From contig NC_043002.1 in assembly GCF_006345805.1 (NCBI RefSeq), forward strand, positions 64,418,001 through 64,482,000: 64,000 nt of DNA, in the 5' to 3' direction. Position 1 is the stretch's first letter; each line of letters opens with the position of its first letter. A program made the translations under genes and the position numbers. Below, piece after piece: positions 1-15,685 of the stretch. Origin of the DNA: Octopus sinensis. Taxonomy: Eukaryota. Under the pieces are notes generated by a model. That model was not told the DNA's origin, ran no database searches, and saw only the letters and a list, made by a program, of their open reading frames with translations.

Positions 1-594
1 AATGCATACATTTATTATCTATATGCGCCTACATTCATACTTAACAAGATACACACACTTACACAGTCATACAAACGTATGTATTAACAGACAGAGGAGC
101 ACAAACACGCACACACACACATCCACGGACACATAGTTACACAAATTTATATATGATAACTGAAGCCCAATAACAAGATCGTGATTGGAGAAGAGTGTTC
201 GTAATATTTAAAGATTATCCTCAAAAGTATCATCGTCTTCGTCATCATCTTTGTTGAAGTCGCCATTATCAATATATTTGCCTCGAAAATTATTTTACTT
301 TAACTTTCCGTATCTTCATCACAAATATCGTCATTATTACGAAAATTACACTTATAGAAATGATTACTATGTTTTCATGTGACATTGTTAACATATTGAA
401 CAACTTTACGAAACAGAGAGCAGCTGCTTTCAAATGTTTGTTCGCATATAAGCAAAGAAAACCTTGTATGGAGAATATTTCATTTTGGGTCTGGAAGTGG
501 ATTTCTACCATCAACTAAAATGAATTAATCTCAAGAACGTGGTATACTGCCTTATATATCCTTCATTAGATGTGAAACTGTATAACTACATTAC

Positions 595-625
<31 letters not shown>

Positions 626-690
626 TGTGTGTGCGTGCGTGCGTTTGGAAATGGAAAGAGGAAGATTAGATTTGAGTGTATATATACATA

Positions 691-752
<62 letters not shown>

Positions 753-1060
753 CGTACATACAGGCTTGCATACTTACATACATACAATATATGAATGTAT
801 GTATGTGCGTATTTAGTAGCAAAAAGAGTGACTCAGGGGAACGACTGTTTCGCGCCATGACATGTATGAAATTAATTTCATATCGAAGCATTCGATTAAT
901 ACGCGCACCCCGAAGTTTTGTGTCAATCTGTTACTTCTGCTAAATATTGATAAAACTAAATATATATATACACATATATATATGTGTGCGTGTGTGCGTG
1001 TGTCTTATATATATATATATTATATATATATATATGTATGTATGTATGTGTGTGGTTGTG

Positions 1061-1095
<35 letters not shown>

Positions 1096-1141
1096 ATATA
1101 TATATATATAGATAGATAGATAGATAGATACACAACCACAC

Positions 1142-1172
<31 letters not shown>

Positions 1173-1860
1173 TATATGCATTTATTCCTATGCACACATA
1201 CATATGCTTATCACAGTAAGGTGGTTTTAACACATATCATACTGCATGAACTCAGGGTTGCATAAATTGCCGTTGCATGCTGTACACTACCATAGGTAGA
1301 TGCGAGAATTCCTTTTCTACATTGCATGAGGTAATTGCATTCTAGAAGCCAATTCCTCCCCGCTCCGGTCTATTCTGCCAGTTGAGTGCTCAGATGATTC
1401 TCATTATATATTCGCGAAACCTATATAAATCTCAATTATTCCATGGCGAAATATATCTCACGTTTAGCAAATATGCTCGAGTTTGAGGATGTTGTATTTC
1501 CTACATACAGATTCCTCACCCTTGTAGTTCAATTTCTTTTAATATACAGCAATCGGAAACTAGCGCGATGTCAAAATAAGAATAAGGCATAATATATTTG
1601 ATTGTATATGAAACCAAACTTGTGGCTGAGTGGTTAGAAAGCACGTTTAGGGAGTATATATTGTTGTGTTCAGTCTTAGGTGCAATGCGCGTCATAATGA
1701 TAAATGTGACTTCTACACTCTCACTGAGATTCGTGAGGGAATTTGATTGAGGGAAACTTTGGGTAGCCTGAATAAACTTAACGGTAAATCTAACTCATTT
1801 TCTCGTAGTCATATAATCCAGTGAAACTTTTCAGCTGACATGTATATATATATACATACA

Positions 1861-1935
<75 letters not shown>

Positions 1936-2359
1936 TGTGTGTGTGGTGTGTGTGTGTGTATGTATATATAAATATGCATTTATATATATATATATCTATC
2001 TATATATATATATATACATATGTCTATATTATATATATATGTATAATTTGAGGGAATATAATTCCAAACTTACAGGGAAAAATTCAATTTCGAAATACTA
2101 AAACAAATTTCACAAAGTATGATATATATATAAATTTAAAAAAAACACCTTTAATCAATTCAAAATGAAAATTTAAATTACACCATCTAGAAAATTACAT
2201 ATAATATAAATATTAAATATAAGATTAAAAAAATATCGATGATTAAGTAATGTGCAAAATAATAAATAATACGTATATATTTGGTAGAATAACGACACGT
2301 GTTTCGTGGCTATATTTAAGAAATAATTATAGTAAAAATATTAGTAGTAGTAGTAAAAT

Positions 2360-2410
<51 letters not shown>

Positions 2411-2568
2411 TACAAAATATACATTAAGTGAAAACTAAATACAACACGTTAAACTATATACTTTAAATCAAATTATTAATTAATATATTTATATAATAAA
2501 CATCCAAATACAGTTTATTGCCCATTACGCAAATAATACTAACAACGTTAAAATTAATTAATATACAC

Positions 2569-3856
2569 AATGCCAGTACAAGCCATAAATATTGGAATCA
2601 AAATAAGAAATAGTTCAAATATAGACCCATCCATTAAATCAACTATATAATTTATATATATGTAGTATGTATAGATTTAATATATTACTCAATAATATAG
2701 TTGTCCAAAATATAAACTAATATAAAAACTTATTTACTTAAATGTAATACTACTTGATAAATATTCCACCTAATTATTAAATACTGTATTGTCGAACAAA
2801 ATTATTTCTCAAATTAAATTAAACGTAATACGTTAAACCCTTTTATAAAAATAATAATAATAAAGCATTCTAAATAAATAGATATCATCATTAATAACTA
2901 TCATAACTTATAACTATTAATAAACATAAAAAATAATAATATTTCAACAACAATAATAATAAAAATACTAATAATCAAACCCAATATAATTCAAAAGCCA
3001 AATATTATTTATAAGCAAAATCTGTTACTTAGCTTGTCGATGAAAATAATATGACTGAATGTTAAACATAAAAACTATATAGGTCTTAGTGTTTATAAAA
3101 ATTAAACTTGTAAAGCCTTAGTGTAAACAAGTAGAATATATTATCAATGAAAATGGGAAAACAATTTACTAATCAAAAGTACGAAAAGGTTTAATACATA
3201 ATCACCATAAATTAAAGAAAGCTACGAAAAATAGTTGAACAAATAAACAATACATTCAACTACAACCCACAGTCCACTACAAATCCAGTCAATAACAATA
3301 ATAACAATAACAACAATCAAACTCAATATAATACAAAATCCAAATAATATTGATAAACAAACAACGTTACTAAGCTTATCGATTAAATTAATATAACTGG
3401 GTTTTAAATGTATAAAGGTAGGTCTTAGCCTCTTAATTAATATACCCAATGCTAGTACAAGTCATAAATACTGGAATAAAAAATAGGAAATAGTTCAAAT
3501 ATACACAAATCCACTATTTAAACTAACTATATTATCAATATATATGTAGTATTTATAGATTTAATATTTCACTCATTAATAAAGTTGACCAAAATATAAA
3601 TTAATATAAAAGACTAATTTACTTACGTGATAAAAATACCACATAATTATTAAATAATGTATAGTCTAACAAAACTAATTCCCAAATTAAATTATATATA
3701 ATTTATAAAAATAATACTAAATCATATTTAAAAAATAGATATCATAATTAATAACTATCGTAACTAATAACTATGAAGAAACTATAAATAAAAATAATAA
3801 TATTTCAACAACAATAGTATTATTATTATCATTATTATTATTATTATTATTATTAT

Positions 3857-3903
<47 letters not shown>

Positions 3904-4500
3904 ATAATAATAATAATAATAATAATGATAATAATAATAATAACAATAATAATAATAATAATATCAAACCCATAGCGATTCAAAATCCAAATAATATAGA
4001 TAAGCAAAAAACGTTACTTAGCTTGTCGAAGGAAAAATATAACTGAATTTTAAACGTAAAGAAATAGTTCTTAGCGTTTATAAAATTTAACGCGTGAAGA
4101 CTTTTTGTAAACAAATAGAAGAAATTATCAATGAAAATGGCGAATACTATTTATCAATGAAAAATACCAAAAAACATCTAAGCCTCATGAACTAAAGAAA
4201 GGTGAGAAAAAATACAACAAATGAACAATCTACCATGAAGACACCCAACTACAACTAACAGCTCACTATTAACAATTCAATAACAATAAGAACAACTATT
4301 AATCCCAATACAATACAAAATCCAAACGATATTGATAAACAAACAACGTTTGCTTGAGAATATGATATAACTGGATTTTAAACGTAATTTTTAACCTTTA
4401 TAAGAAATTAAACGCGTTGAGACGTTATGTAAACAAATAGAATAAATTATCAATGAAAATGAGGAAAACTATTTCTTAATGAAAAATATGAAAACTATTT
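2569..4500 (+). repeat. Diverged ~880-bp tandem duplication of A-rich sequence with internal sub-repeats
   Basis: AATGC(C/T)AGTACAAG(C/T)CATAAATA at 2569 and 3448. The AAATCCAAA..ATTGATAAACAAA motif recurs at ~3000, 3335, 3985 and 4320. Confidence 0.7.
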
Positions 4501-5014
4501 ACGCTTCATGAATCAAAGAAAAGTAATAAGAATAGGATAACAAGTATTGCTTTTTCATCAATACAACCCGGATCCTACATCACACTGTAGCCGACTATTA
4601 TTATTATTACCATCACTGCTACTAACCCAATCTATAGCAAACCGCCAACTACCGCCAAATGTATTCACAGCCGACTACCACCTACCTCCCGATCCCTCCC
4701 ACCTCACTCCAACTCATGAAGCTCAAACTCATCTCACACTCTCCATCAACAAATAGTTTTCGTCATTTTGTTTAAAATAGTAATATAACATAAAATATAG
4801 TAAATTATACTCTAATACTATTAAATAATTTCCACAATAAATAAATAACATAAGACTAAATATGGTTTAATACAAACTGAAAAATAAGTTAAATGTAATG
4901 TTTAGGTACATAACATTATTATAGCATTTTGAATATTTCAATTTTATTTAAAATCTCTTTAATAAGATTTGTTTTACCACCTGAGCCCCAAAAGGAACGT
5001 TTAACCATATTATA

Positions 5015-5082
<68 letters not shown>

Positions 5083-5083
5083 T

Positions 5084-5187
5084 TCAGTAGTTTTATTTTT
5101 ATAGCGTGCTTTCACTTCACTACCGAGCGCAGCGCTGTGTGCCTTGGGTATGTGCTGTGATTTGTTGTGATGCTCTGATGGTTATTG

Positions 5188-5188
<1 letters not shown>
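5084..5188 (-). mobile_element. Short 3'-end copy of the same TAA-targeting element
   Basis: Reverse complement of ~35253-35365, embedded in (TTA)n, so it has the same orientation relative to TAA. Confidence 0.65.
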
Positions 5189-5250
<62 letters not shown>

Positions 5251-5791
5251 ATTTATTTGTAATATTATTAAATTTATTATCTTCATTAATTGAAATGAAT
5301 TTTATCTTATTTTCATTTTTATTTTTATTTTTATTTCTATAACTATTTTTATTTTTTATTCTAATATTAAATTTATGATTTACATCATCAAAATTCCTAT
5401 TATTATTAAGACGATTGATACCTAAAGAAGATTTATCATAATTCAGATAATTAGGTTTATCATTATAAAAATGATTAAAACTTTCTCCTTTAAATTATAA
5501 GTTTACAAATATTAAAGAATTTAATACGTTTTATTTATTATTTTGCACATTACATATACTCATCGGTATATTTTTTATCTTATATTTAATATTTCTATTA
5601 TAAGTAATTTTCTAGATGGTGTTATTTAATTTTTTATTTTGAATTGATGAAAGGTGTTTTTTTTCTAATTTAAATATATATATATATATATATGTATATG
5701 CATATATATGTATATTATATATATATGTATATATATTTATATATACACATATATATATAAATATATATGTATATATATATGTATATATATG

Positions 5792-5856
<65 letters not shown>

Positions 5857-5934
5857 ATATGTATATATGTATGCTTATGCATATTATATACATAGAAACG
5901 CATATGTATGCATATATATATAATATATATATAT

Positions 5935-5969
<35 letters not shown>

Positions 5970-6199
5970 CTAATTGCATGTCTATATATATATATGTATG
6001 TGTGTGTGTGTCTGTGCTTGTGTTTTCCCCTCACCCATGCTTGATAACCGGCGTTGGTTTGTTTAATTATCTGTAGCGTTGTGATTTGGTAAAAGGGCGC
6101 CTCACAGTAAGTACTGCGCTGGATTTGTTGGGCTAAAATTGTCAACGCGCTGCCTCAGCATGGCTGCTGTCGTACGACATAAACAAGTAAATGATAAAA

Positions 6200-6720
6200 G
6201 ATATAAGAAAGGAAAATAATCCCAGAAATGATTTATTCGAATGTTCTCAAATATAGAGCATAGTAATGGAGTATGGAATCTCAGTATGGCCTGGTTCGAA
6301 AACAAATGGACAGAGAGGAAGGAAGGAAGTCAGCATGGAAGCAAACTACGGCTCAAAATATTTGGACTAAAATCAGAATCGGATTAGCTGAATTTAGATG
6401 CAATATATATAAAATATCTTAGCGGAAAGGACACACGTTTGTGAAATGTATGCTACAAATCAGCACAAAGTTTGAGTTGATTATTGGCTCTTATCCAGTT
6501 CTTGTGACGATAGATTTTATTCATATGTGTGATCGTTTAGTCAAGTATATTTATTGGGCGTGGTGCCAAATGTTCAACATGAACACTTAGAATAAGATGT
6601 TTAAGTATATATTAAATCTTGTATGTGACAACGATAAAATCGGGACACGTCTTATTTATCAAGATGAAACATAATATTTCAGGTATCATAATCATATACA
6701 GAAATGAATGTATTTGTACT
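6200..6720 (+). mobile_element. Old Dong/R4 3' relic
   Basis: HMCDRLVKYIYWAWCQMFNM resembles RHDRVGQYLHWLISRHYNI of the 33080 element. Confidence 0.5.
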
Positions 6721-7251
6721 CTAAGAGATAACTGGATCATCGTTCACAACATTGAAAGCAGAATTTTGTTTTAAAATTATACAACACGTATTGTACGGTT
6801 TCATCCGCTAATACAATAAACAAATTTAGTATGGCATACGTACAACAGATTTTGCACCTGATAAAATCATTATTTACGCGCAACACATATTTCCATTATT
6901 CATAACGGAAATTTCACGCCCTTTGACAGCATGCTGGGATATCATTTTAATATCTTTTAAATTCCAGTTTACTCTTTTAAAGAAATTCGAATGCATGTGA
7001 AACTATATTATTTGGTATACGTGATAATACGTTGATAATTATTGAAAATATTTCTGTCTCATATCAAATCGATAAGAGCTGACCTGAGGTTCAGGAAGAC
7101 AACAGGAGCAAATATTAGTCACCATATCACATTTAGAATATCCATCCAGTGAGTTAAGTATTTTACGGAAGATGCATTATAATTTAGAAATGAAATGCAT
7201 ATGACACCTTGTATGCGAAATTAGTAACAAAACGGGTCCAGAAAGTAAAGA

Positions 7252-7384
7252 TACAAGCGGTGTATGAAAAGTCTTGAGCCCCCCCCCCCAAAAAAAAAAT
7301 CATGTTACAAGACTTCTGTTGAAGGCACAAGACTTCAAGTCTCAAAGGCCTTGAAGGCTCAAAACTTTTCATACACTCCTCGTA
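7252..7384. mobile_element. Mini mariner-type MITE
   Basis: TIRs GGTGTATGAAAAGTCTTGAGCC / GGCTCAAAACTTTTCATACACTCCTCGTA. Same family as 54065-54153. Confidence 0.65.
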
Positions 7385-8609
7385 TGTTAAGAAAGAAACA
7401 CTATCACATACCACACAAAAAAAAACTCACCATCCCTTTCTCTTTCTTTTCCAGTAGTATTTTTGTTTGCAAAAATGACCATGTTTTCCCATTCATTTTT
7501 CACGCATGACCAAATTTACTTTCGATTCACAGATCGTCTTCCTCCATTTCTGATACTGCTACATGCTATTCACCACACCCCAGACACCATAGTCGGAGAA
7601 ATTCTAATTGAAGCGCTAGCATATAAATAAGAATACTATTTATGAGGTAGATTTCTTTAACCATAATTGCGTTGCTTTTGCAGAATTGTTTTACTGAAAA
7701 ATTACATTATTCTATCCCAAAAATAATTACTGTTTCAGAAAGTAGTGGATTTTTCACACCTCATAAAATGGGCAAGTCCAGCTGATAGAATGGCTTAACA
7801 TGCCTTGTTTCCAACTCATCCGTGCGTCGCTTTTGATATAATTCACTCAACTTAAACACTCAAACAATCTTTGCGAAAGTAAAATTATCGACTAATATAA
7901 ATTTTCCGCGTCTTGTATCTTGCTTCATTCGATTGTTTCTGAACAGGACCTAAATATATTTAGCAAAATTGCCCAAACAAGTATCTGTAATGATTTTCAC
8001 AGTCAACAGAATCTATCAAAACGCTTACAGTTCATAACATATATTTCAAACAGTAGTATTTCTAAAACATAATCTTGTTTTCATCAATATTGTAGCAATG
8101 CTTCAGTCCTTCTTTCATTCAGTCATTCTTTATATTCATTTCTTACTTTCTTTTTATCCTTATTTCTTTCATGGTAACTATCAATACGCAGTGAGTGCCA
8201 TGAGAAAAGTTAGGGGTCAGTTCTACAAATTAAGTTTGAAACTTTCGTTTTTGCTCTTTCCATTCTCAAAACACACTGAAGAATGTTATCAACCTTCTAT
8301 TTCTGTCAGTATTCTAGAAATATTTATAAAGCAACATTCAAATATAGTACACCCATTCCAAATAAAGACGACTGTCAGTAGCATACGTATATTTATATTA
8401 TATAAATAATGTACTCTACTGTTGTTGTCTGGATCGACAAAGCAAGTGCTCCATTTAATAAACGAAATTCAAATGTGAGCCAGTATAATTTAAACGTTTA
8501 CAGAGTAGAAGACGGCTCATTACGCAAAATGCTAGATCAACGAAATATAGCACCATCCGAGCCTGATACCTATTGTCGTGCACATTTAAATTCTATATTT
8601 ATTAAATTA

Positions 8610-8644
<35 letters not shown>

Positions 8645-9070
8645 ACGTATGTATCTATTTATATAATCTATATATCTATCTATATGACGATACATATTTA
8701 TAAACACTCGCACACAGACACAAGCTTATACACAGACAGATCACACATATGTACTTTTGTTTTTCTCTCTATTTTTGTTTGAAAAATTTTGTCTTTAAGT
8801 GGCTAAATATTCGCTGTCTTAGAACAGTCGAAGTGATCTAGCGCTTAATAATATAACTTGGACAACAATAAATTTAACATAATTGGTATCGTATAACATT
8901 TAAAAGAATTTTGTAAAAACATTGCAGGAGCGTTAAATGGAGTTGTCTACTTAAAATTGAACTGTCAATTACACACTAGTTTTAATGGTCTTACCATCAG
9001 TTATCTCCCTCTAGCTGTCAGCCTGTGTATAGACTCGTCTCACTCTCTTATACACAGCTATCTCATCCCA

Positions 9071-9121
<51 letters not shown>

Positions 9122-9139
9122 ATATATATATATATATAC

Positions 9140-9197
<58 letters not shown>

Positions 9198-9691
9198 CAT
9201 ACATATACAGGTATATGAATGTATATACATATACATAGGCATATATATGTGCATGACTATGTCAAAAAAGATTTACATAATAAAGTGATAAATATCATTC
9301 TATATAAACCCATGTATCTATTTAGTTGCCTATATATTTCTCTTTTTTTGGTGGGCTGGTGGGGTGCTTGTCAGGGTGTGTATTTCCATTATTTAAAAAA
9401 AAATATTATTAATTTCATTTATATATATATATATAATAAAATGAAAATCACCGATGGAATAGAAAAAAAGGAAATTTATTGAATTTCGTTACTTTGTGTC
9501 AGTTAAATACGATTAACTACTAATTATTCCGTTTATATATTATTTTAGCCTCCTAGGTGTGACGATATTTTTTTGATAATATTTACTTCTCAATCTAGCA
9601 ATATTTACACTCAGAACGAAATCAAATAGAAATCCAATTAAACGACCGCACTCACACACACACGCACACAAATACACACAGTCACACACAG

Positions 9692-9736
<45 letters not shown>

Positions 9737-10067
9737 AAGACAGAGAAATATATAAAACTACACGTAAATCCACAGATGAACACATGTATTGTTCTGTAGT
9801 TTGTCGGTAGATACAAGATGGCGCAACAATATTTTCTCACGTCAAGACATACAATTTCGAAGACAGGTATGTCGAGTGTTTTTCAGCCACTGTGAGGTAA
9901 ATGTTCTTTTAGGCATATTGACACAAAATTAGATTGGGATGGTCATCAACAGAAGGCTTCAAATGAATAATTGATCTGAAATTACCGGCGGCGAGACATT
10001 AACAACGATTCATATGGACGTCCGCAAATATACACAGTCTCATACACATTGATATATCAATCCATCC

Positions 10068-10129
<62 letters not shown>

Positions 10130-10179
10130 TGTCTGTGTGTCTGTCTGTCTATCTTTCTATCTATCTATCTGCCTGCCTG

Positions 10180-10288
<109 letters not shown>

Positions 10289-10450
10289 ATATCTATCTAT
10301 CTATTTTCTTTTACAGAAAAAACCCGAAAGGTACTTTCCTGCCAACTCAATATATATATTGATAAAAATGGTAAGACGGAAAAAGAATGACAGAGACCCC
10401 GATATTATATAAATAGAGGAATTTATCTGTAAGGAATTTACAGATATGTA

Positions 10451-11924
10451 TTTTTTTTTTCCTAGTTTCAACTCAGAGCTGCGGCCATGCTGATGCACCG
10501 CCGTCTTGTGCTACACTGTTATTACGACGAACCTCGTCTAATATGTGGCACTTGGTGAAGAATGGAGTTTGATATAGCTACTCTCATTTGCACCTCCTGC
10601 CGTGAGGTAGGTTCATCTGGGACTCTTGACAGGAAGATGTCCAGTTTTGATTTAAAAACCGCTACATCCACTTTGTGCAAGTTCCTCAGACTCTTTGGGA
10701 GAATATTAAAAAGCTGTGGGCCCTTGAAACCCAGGCTGTTGCAGAAGCTGGTCCTGAAGCGTGATGGCATTGCTGGGATCTTTGGCACTATGCAGTGTCG
10801 TCCCGTTCTAGCATTGGTGTAGCTTACAATGCCAAAATTTGGCACAATTCCTTCCAGGATCTTCCAGACATATTCTACTGCATACCTCTCCCGTCTTCTC
10901 TCTCCAGGGAGTAGAGTCTTAGCTGTTTTCAAACCTTTCCCAGTAGCTGAGCTGTTTGCAAAGAGATGATCTTCTTTGTGAATCTTCTCGGATTGCTTCA
11001 AGGTCCGCTGTTAATTTTACACTGGTGGGTGACCATAGCTGTGAGCAGTAATTCAGGCGACTGAGGACGAATGTCTGCCAGAGGACCATCATGGTTTCCT
11101 TATCTCTGGTTCTGAATGTTCTTAGGATCCACCCAGCCAGTCGTCTGCACTTTGTCGCCATTCTGGTAATGTGCACTCGGAAAGAGGTATCATCACTCAT
11201 GTCGATACCCAGGCCCCTCACAGACTTAGGCTCTGGGATTGAAATTCCCTGTGGACCGGTGTATCCTGTAAGTTTAATATTCAGTTTTGGATGCTGGTAG
11301 CGCAGGGCCTGGAACTTTTCAGCATTAAACTGCATATTATTATCCTCAGCTCATCTGTAGATTGAGTCCAACTCCTGCTGCAGGTGTGCAACATCGCTGG
11401 GGTTCTGTATTTTCTGCGAGACTTTCGTATCGTCTGCATAGCTGGCCAGAGTGGCTATCCGGGCACTTGAGGGTATATCTAAGAGGGCCACTATAAAAAG
11501 CAGTGGTCCAAAAACAGTACCCTGTGGAACACCGCTCACTATTTGTGTGTTCATAGAGGTGGCTTCATTAACCGCTACTGCCTGACTCCTATCTTTCAGG
11601 AAGTCATGCAACCACACTCCAAGGTTTCCAGCTATGCCGAGGTCACGTAGTTTGTGGCTTATCATACCATGATCCACCTTGTCAAAAGCTTTTGCAAAAT
11701 CAAGGTAGGTTACGTCCACATTTGATTTGTTGAGTAACTGCCTCAACACCCAGTCATAATGCTGTAAGAGCTGGGTCAGTCAGCTCCTACCTGGTCGGAA
11801 ACCATGCTGGGTATTACTCAGCAAGTTATTTTCCTCAAGGAATGCAATTAGTTTCTTTCTGACTATCCGTTCCATGACTTTGCTGATTTTGGCATCTGCT
11901 CTCCTCCCCCTTTATGTATTTGGC

Positions 11925-11927
<3 letters not shown>
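10451..11927 (-). mobile_element. 5'-truncated CR1/L2-clade LINE (RT plus 3' tail), frameshifted
   Basis: YLDFAKAFDKVDH, SGVPQGTVFGPLLF and YADDTK motifs across three broken ORFs. A-tail at 10451-10460. Confidence 0.93.
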
Positions 11928-11970
<43 letters not shown>

Positions 11971-12279
11971 GGTTATCCGTAATAATTAAGGGTGAAATTA
12001 TTAATTTGGAAATATCAATTACACCAGTAAGTCTAATATCTAATCTTAGCTTTCCTTAGAACTTGATTTCGAAACGTACGTCGTGGATACTAAAAATGTA
12101 TGATAGATTGCAGTCAATTCATCTCTCTTACCTGTTTGTGTCTGCCTTCCAATGCTGTTTTACTAGATCTCCCTTTTTTGTAGAAGAAATAGCTATAACC
12201 CTTGACTGCTATTTCTAAATTCGGTATGTGGTAAGGCAACTCGTGCTAAAACCCTTATTGCTAGTATTGCCCTATATAT

Positions 12280-12327
<48 letters not shown>

Positions 12328-12374
12328 CATACATACATATATATAAATATATATATATATTATACAATAATATA

Positions 12375-12410
<36 letters not shown>

Positions 12411-13549
12411 CATATATGTTATATAGTATTACATATATAGAAGTATATATAGACATATATGCATATTATATACATATATATATGCATATATTTACAATAT
12501 ATACATACATACATATATATACACACACATATATACATTGTGTATATATTATAAATATATATACATATTATATATATATATACATATATATATATATACT
12601 ATACATACATATTTACATATATATACACATGTATATATATATACATATATATATACACATGTATATATATATATACATATATATGTATATGTTTTGTATG
12701 TATATGTGTAAAGATATATCAGAATAAATATATATAATAATAATAATCCATACATATATGCATGCGTTTGTGCGTGTACATGTGTGTGCGTGTGTGTGCG
12801 TTTGTAGTTCAACATTAGTGAGGATAAGCTAAAAAGTAGGCAAGGCATAACAAGGGACTTTAATTTCATGTAATTCACTCTAAATATTGCTACATAATAA
12901 ATTGTAAAAAATACTGAAATATAATCTCTGACTGCTGTTTCTGAGATAATCCCCTTCTCTCTGGACTGAATACCCCTCGATATACTGAACGGTATGAAAC
13001 GCTCTTACCTAGCTAATGCGACGCTCTTATCTATCTACCTTTTCTCTTCCCAGAATGTGATATTTATTCCTCCTGTCAGTATTCGCACAACTTAGGAACT
13101 GCTTGCATTAAATTTGCCTCTTGACTGCATAGCCCTCAATATACTGAAGCGTATAAATATAATACAAACCTCACACCTATCTAGCTTTTCCCTCACTGGT
13201 ATGCATGTTTTACTCTTCTTCTGAGTATTTGCGTAATTTGGAACCTTCTGCATGCATTCTGCTCCAATATGGAGCTGTGGAAAACCATTCATTTCATCCA
13301 GCCGACTGAGTAATTTCATGAGGAGTGTATAAGCCATCAAATACCAGCAGGTATCCTAGGCTAATATATTTATTAACCACTTTTTATCTTTAGGATCATG
13401 GCCGATCAGCAGACTTCATTATGTAATAATAATGTCAGTGTATAATGAATTATTCTACATGTTTGCACTTGAATGAATGCTGTGCATTGTACAATGCAGT
13501 TGTACATAGACTATTTATTAGAGATAGAAAGGCGCACCATGGGATCATC

Positions 13550-13930
13550 AGAATATCTTGGTTACACCAATGCTTGAATATGAATTGAGAATCAAAGATA
13601 GAGGAAGATAAGATAACAAAAATAAGCATGGTGTATTAAGTTGTTGATTAGGTAAATTAGAAGAATATTTTAATGTTTCGAGCCAGCGCTCTTCATCAGG
13701 GAGGATTGATGAACAGGGAGAAAAATAGGGAAAAAAGAAATAGGCATGTCTCAGGTAGGAGAACACAGTGTGCGAAATGAAAACAATAGGAAGAAATGGG
13801 CGGCTAGCGTGGATGGAAAGGGGGCCAATGTTGTCCTGGCATATATGTGTGCGTGTAAGTTTGTGAGTGTATGTGTATGTGTGTTTGCATTCGAGCATGG
13901 CGCACTTGCGCAATGTGTACGTTTGTAACT
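13550..13930 (-). mobile_element. PLE terminal-repeat fragment with a minimal hammerhead-like motif
   Basis: Minus strand CCTGATGAAGAGCGCTGGCTCGAAAC at ~13670-13703. Related to 15830-16190 and 61240-61500. Confidence 0.55.
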
Positions 13931-14879
13931 TCTCTTAAACGTTTGGTCCATCATATTCACCAAGCCATTTAAAACTTTTATTCTATTTTCTTATTTGAAT
14001 AGCTATATATTATGAAATATGGGGAAAACAGCGCTATTGCATTTGTATATATGCTAACGTAATTTATATAGTTTACACACAAACACACACTCGCATATGC
14101 ATACACAAACACACACTCCCATATACATACACAAACACATACATATTCACACGAACACACACAGCTTTCTGATTTTGCTGTATAAACAAACTATTGCAGT
14201 TTAATTTTGCATAAGATGGAGCACGTCTGAATAACAGAACAATTTGCTGTCTTTGAATTTCTTTGTTTCTCCAATGTTCTTTAAAAACCTATCAATACAC
14301 CCACAATATGATATATGATTACAAAAAATAAAATCACCAGAATGTTTTAATATAACCTTCCTCAGACATCATCAAATCAAATTTTCTTCAGTTAATGCAT
14401 CTATTTTCGAGTACAGACATTTTGGAATGAATCTAAAAGAAAAAAAATGAGTTAAAACCATGTTATTTCTATTTATAATATAGAATTACCTATTTAGAGC
14501 CCTTAATGCTTTTATTGATTTTCAATGTTTTTCTTTCGTGCTGGTATATTTTTAATGTTTCCTCTATTCGTTCTGCAATATAGGCATAGACTAATATACA
14601 TATTCATACAAGTTTATTCATCGTGTGCGTCTTTATGTATGTGTTAATATACGAAAATGTTCATGTGTATATGTATATACATGGATGTGTTTCTGATCTT
14701 ATGTATATAGGAAATATTTGTCTGTGTCTGTATGATTTTCGACCTCTGATCGTAATTTTAGTCTTTATTTAGCTCAAACCATCTTGACAATGCTAACCCA
14801 TTACAACGAAACGCAAAGATAATTTAATCCTCTTACAATGTCTAGCTTCACTCACTATTTATTATTCACAATATATATA

Positions 14880-14910
<31 letters not shown>

Positions 14911-14915
14911 ATATA

Positions 14916-14961
<46 letters not shown>

Positions 14962-14986
14962 GTATGTATGTATGTATGTATGTATA

Positions 14987-15034
<48 letters not shown>

Positions 15035-15201
15035 ATATACATATGTGTGTATGTATGTATGAACATATATATATATACAAGAGAGGTTAATAGAAAAGAG
15101 CGAGGAGAGGGAGAATATATATCCAGAGAGATAGAGCGATAAGTTGTGTGTGAATGTATATATATATTTGTGTGTATATGTGTGTGTTTTTGTGCATATG
15201 T

Positions 15202-15233
<32 letters not shown>

Positions 15234-15327
15234 GAATATCTTTAAATGTATACGCGAGCGTATGTGCGTATGAGTGCTTCTGGTTCTTTACATATATTCT
15301 GCGTTAGCCAGTATCTCTCCCTCACTC

Positions 15328-15360
<33 letters not shown>

Positions 15361-15617
15361 ATCTCTCTCTCTGCAGCTCCCATCTGTATTATTTCTCTCT
15401 AAATTTCTCCTTTCCTTCTTTTCTTTTCCACCTTTTTACCAGAAGATGCGTATTCCTTTGACCGGCTTCTTCATAGTACCTGTATAAATTTTTGCTCCTA
15501 ATTTCTTCAGAGTATAAAACTCTATTTTAATCTAAAATTTCTTTAATCAATGAACACATCTCATTCAGAATATATGGGATACTACATGACCTCCTAAGAA
15601 AGTGGAATACATGCATA

Positions 15618-15685
<68 letters not shown>

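Noticed and set aside
2500-4500. Mitochondrial insertion (NUMT) suggested by the A/T skew and hydrophobic minus-strand ORF 3222-3449
   Set aside because: No recognisable mitochondrial gene, and stops remain even with TGA read as Trp. The internal repeats fit a decayed repeat family.
4975-5005. CTGAGCCCCAAAAGGAACGT as an eroded hammerhead
   Set aside because: It would need two separate deletions, so it is too degenerate to support.
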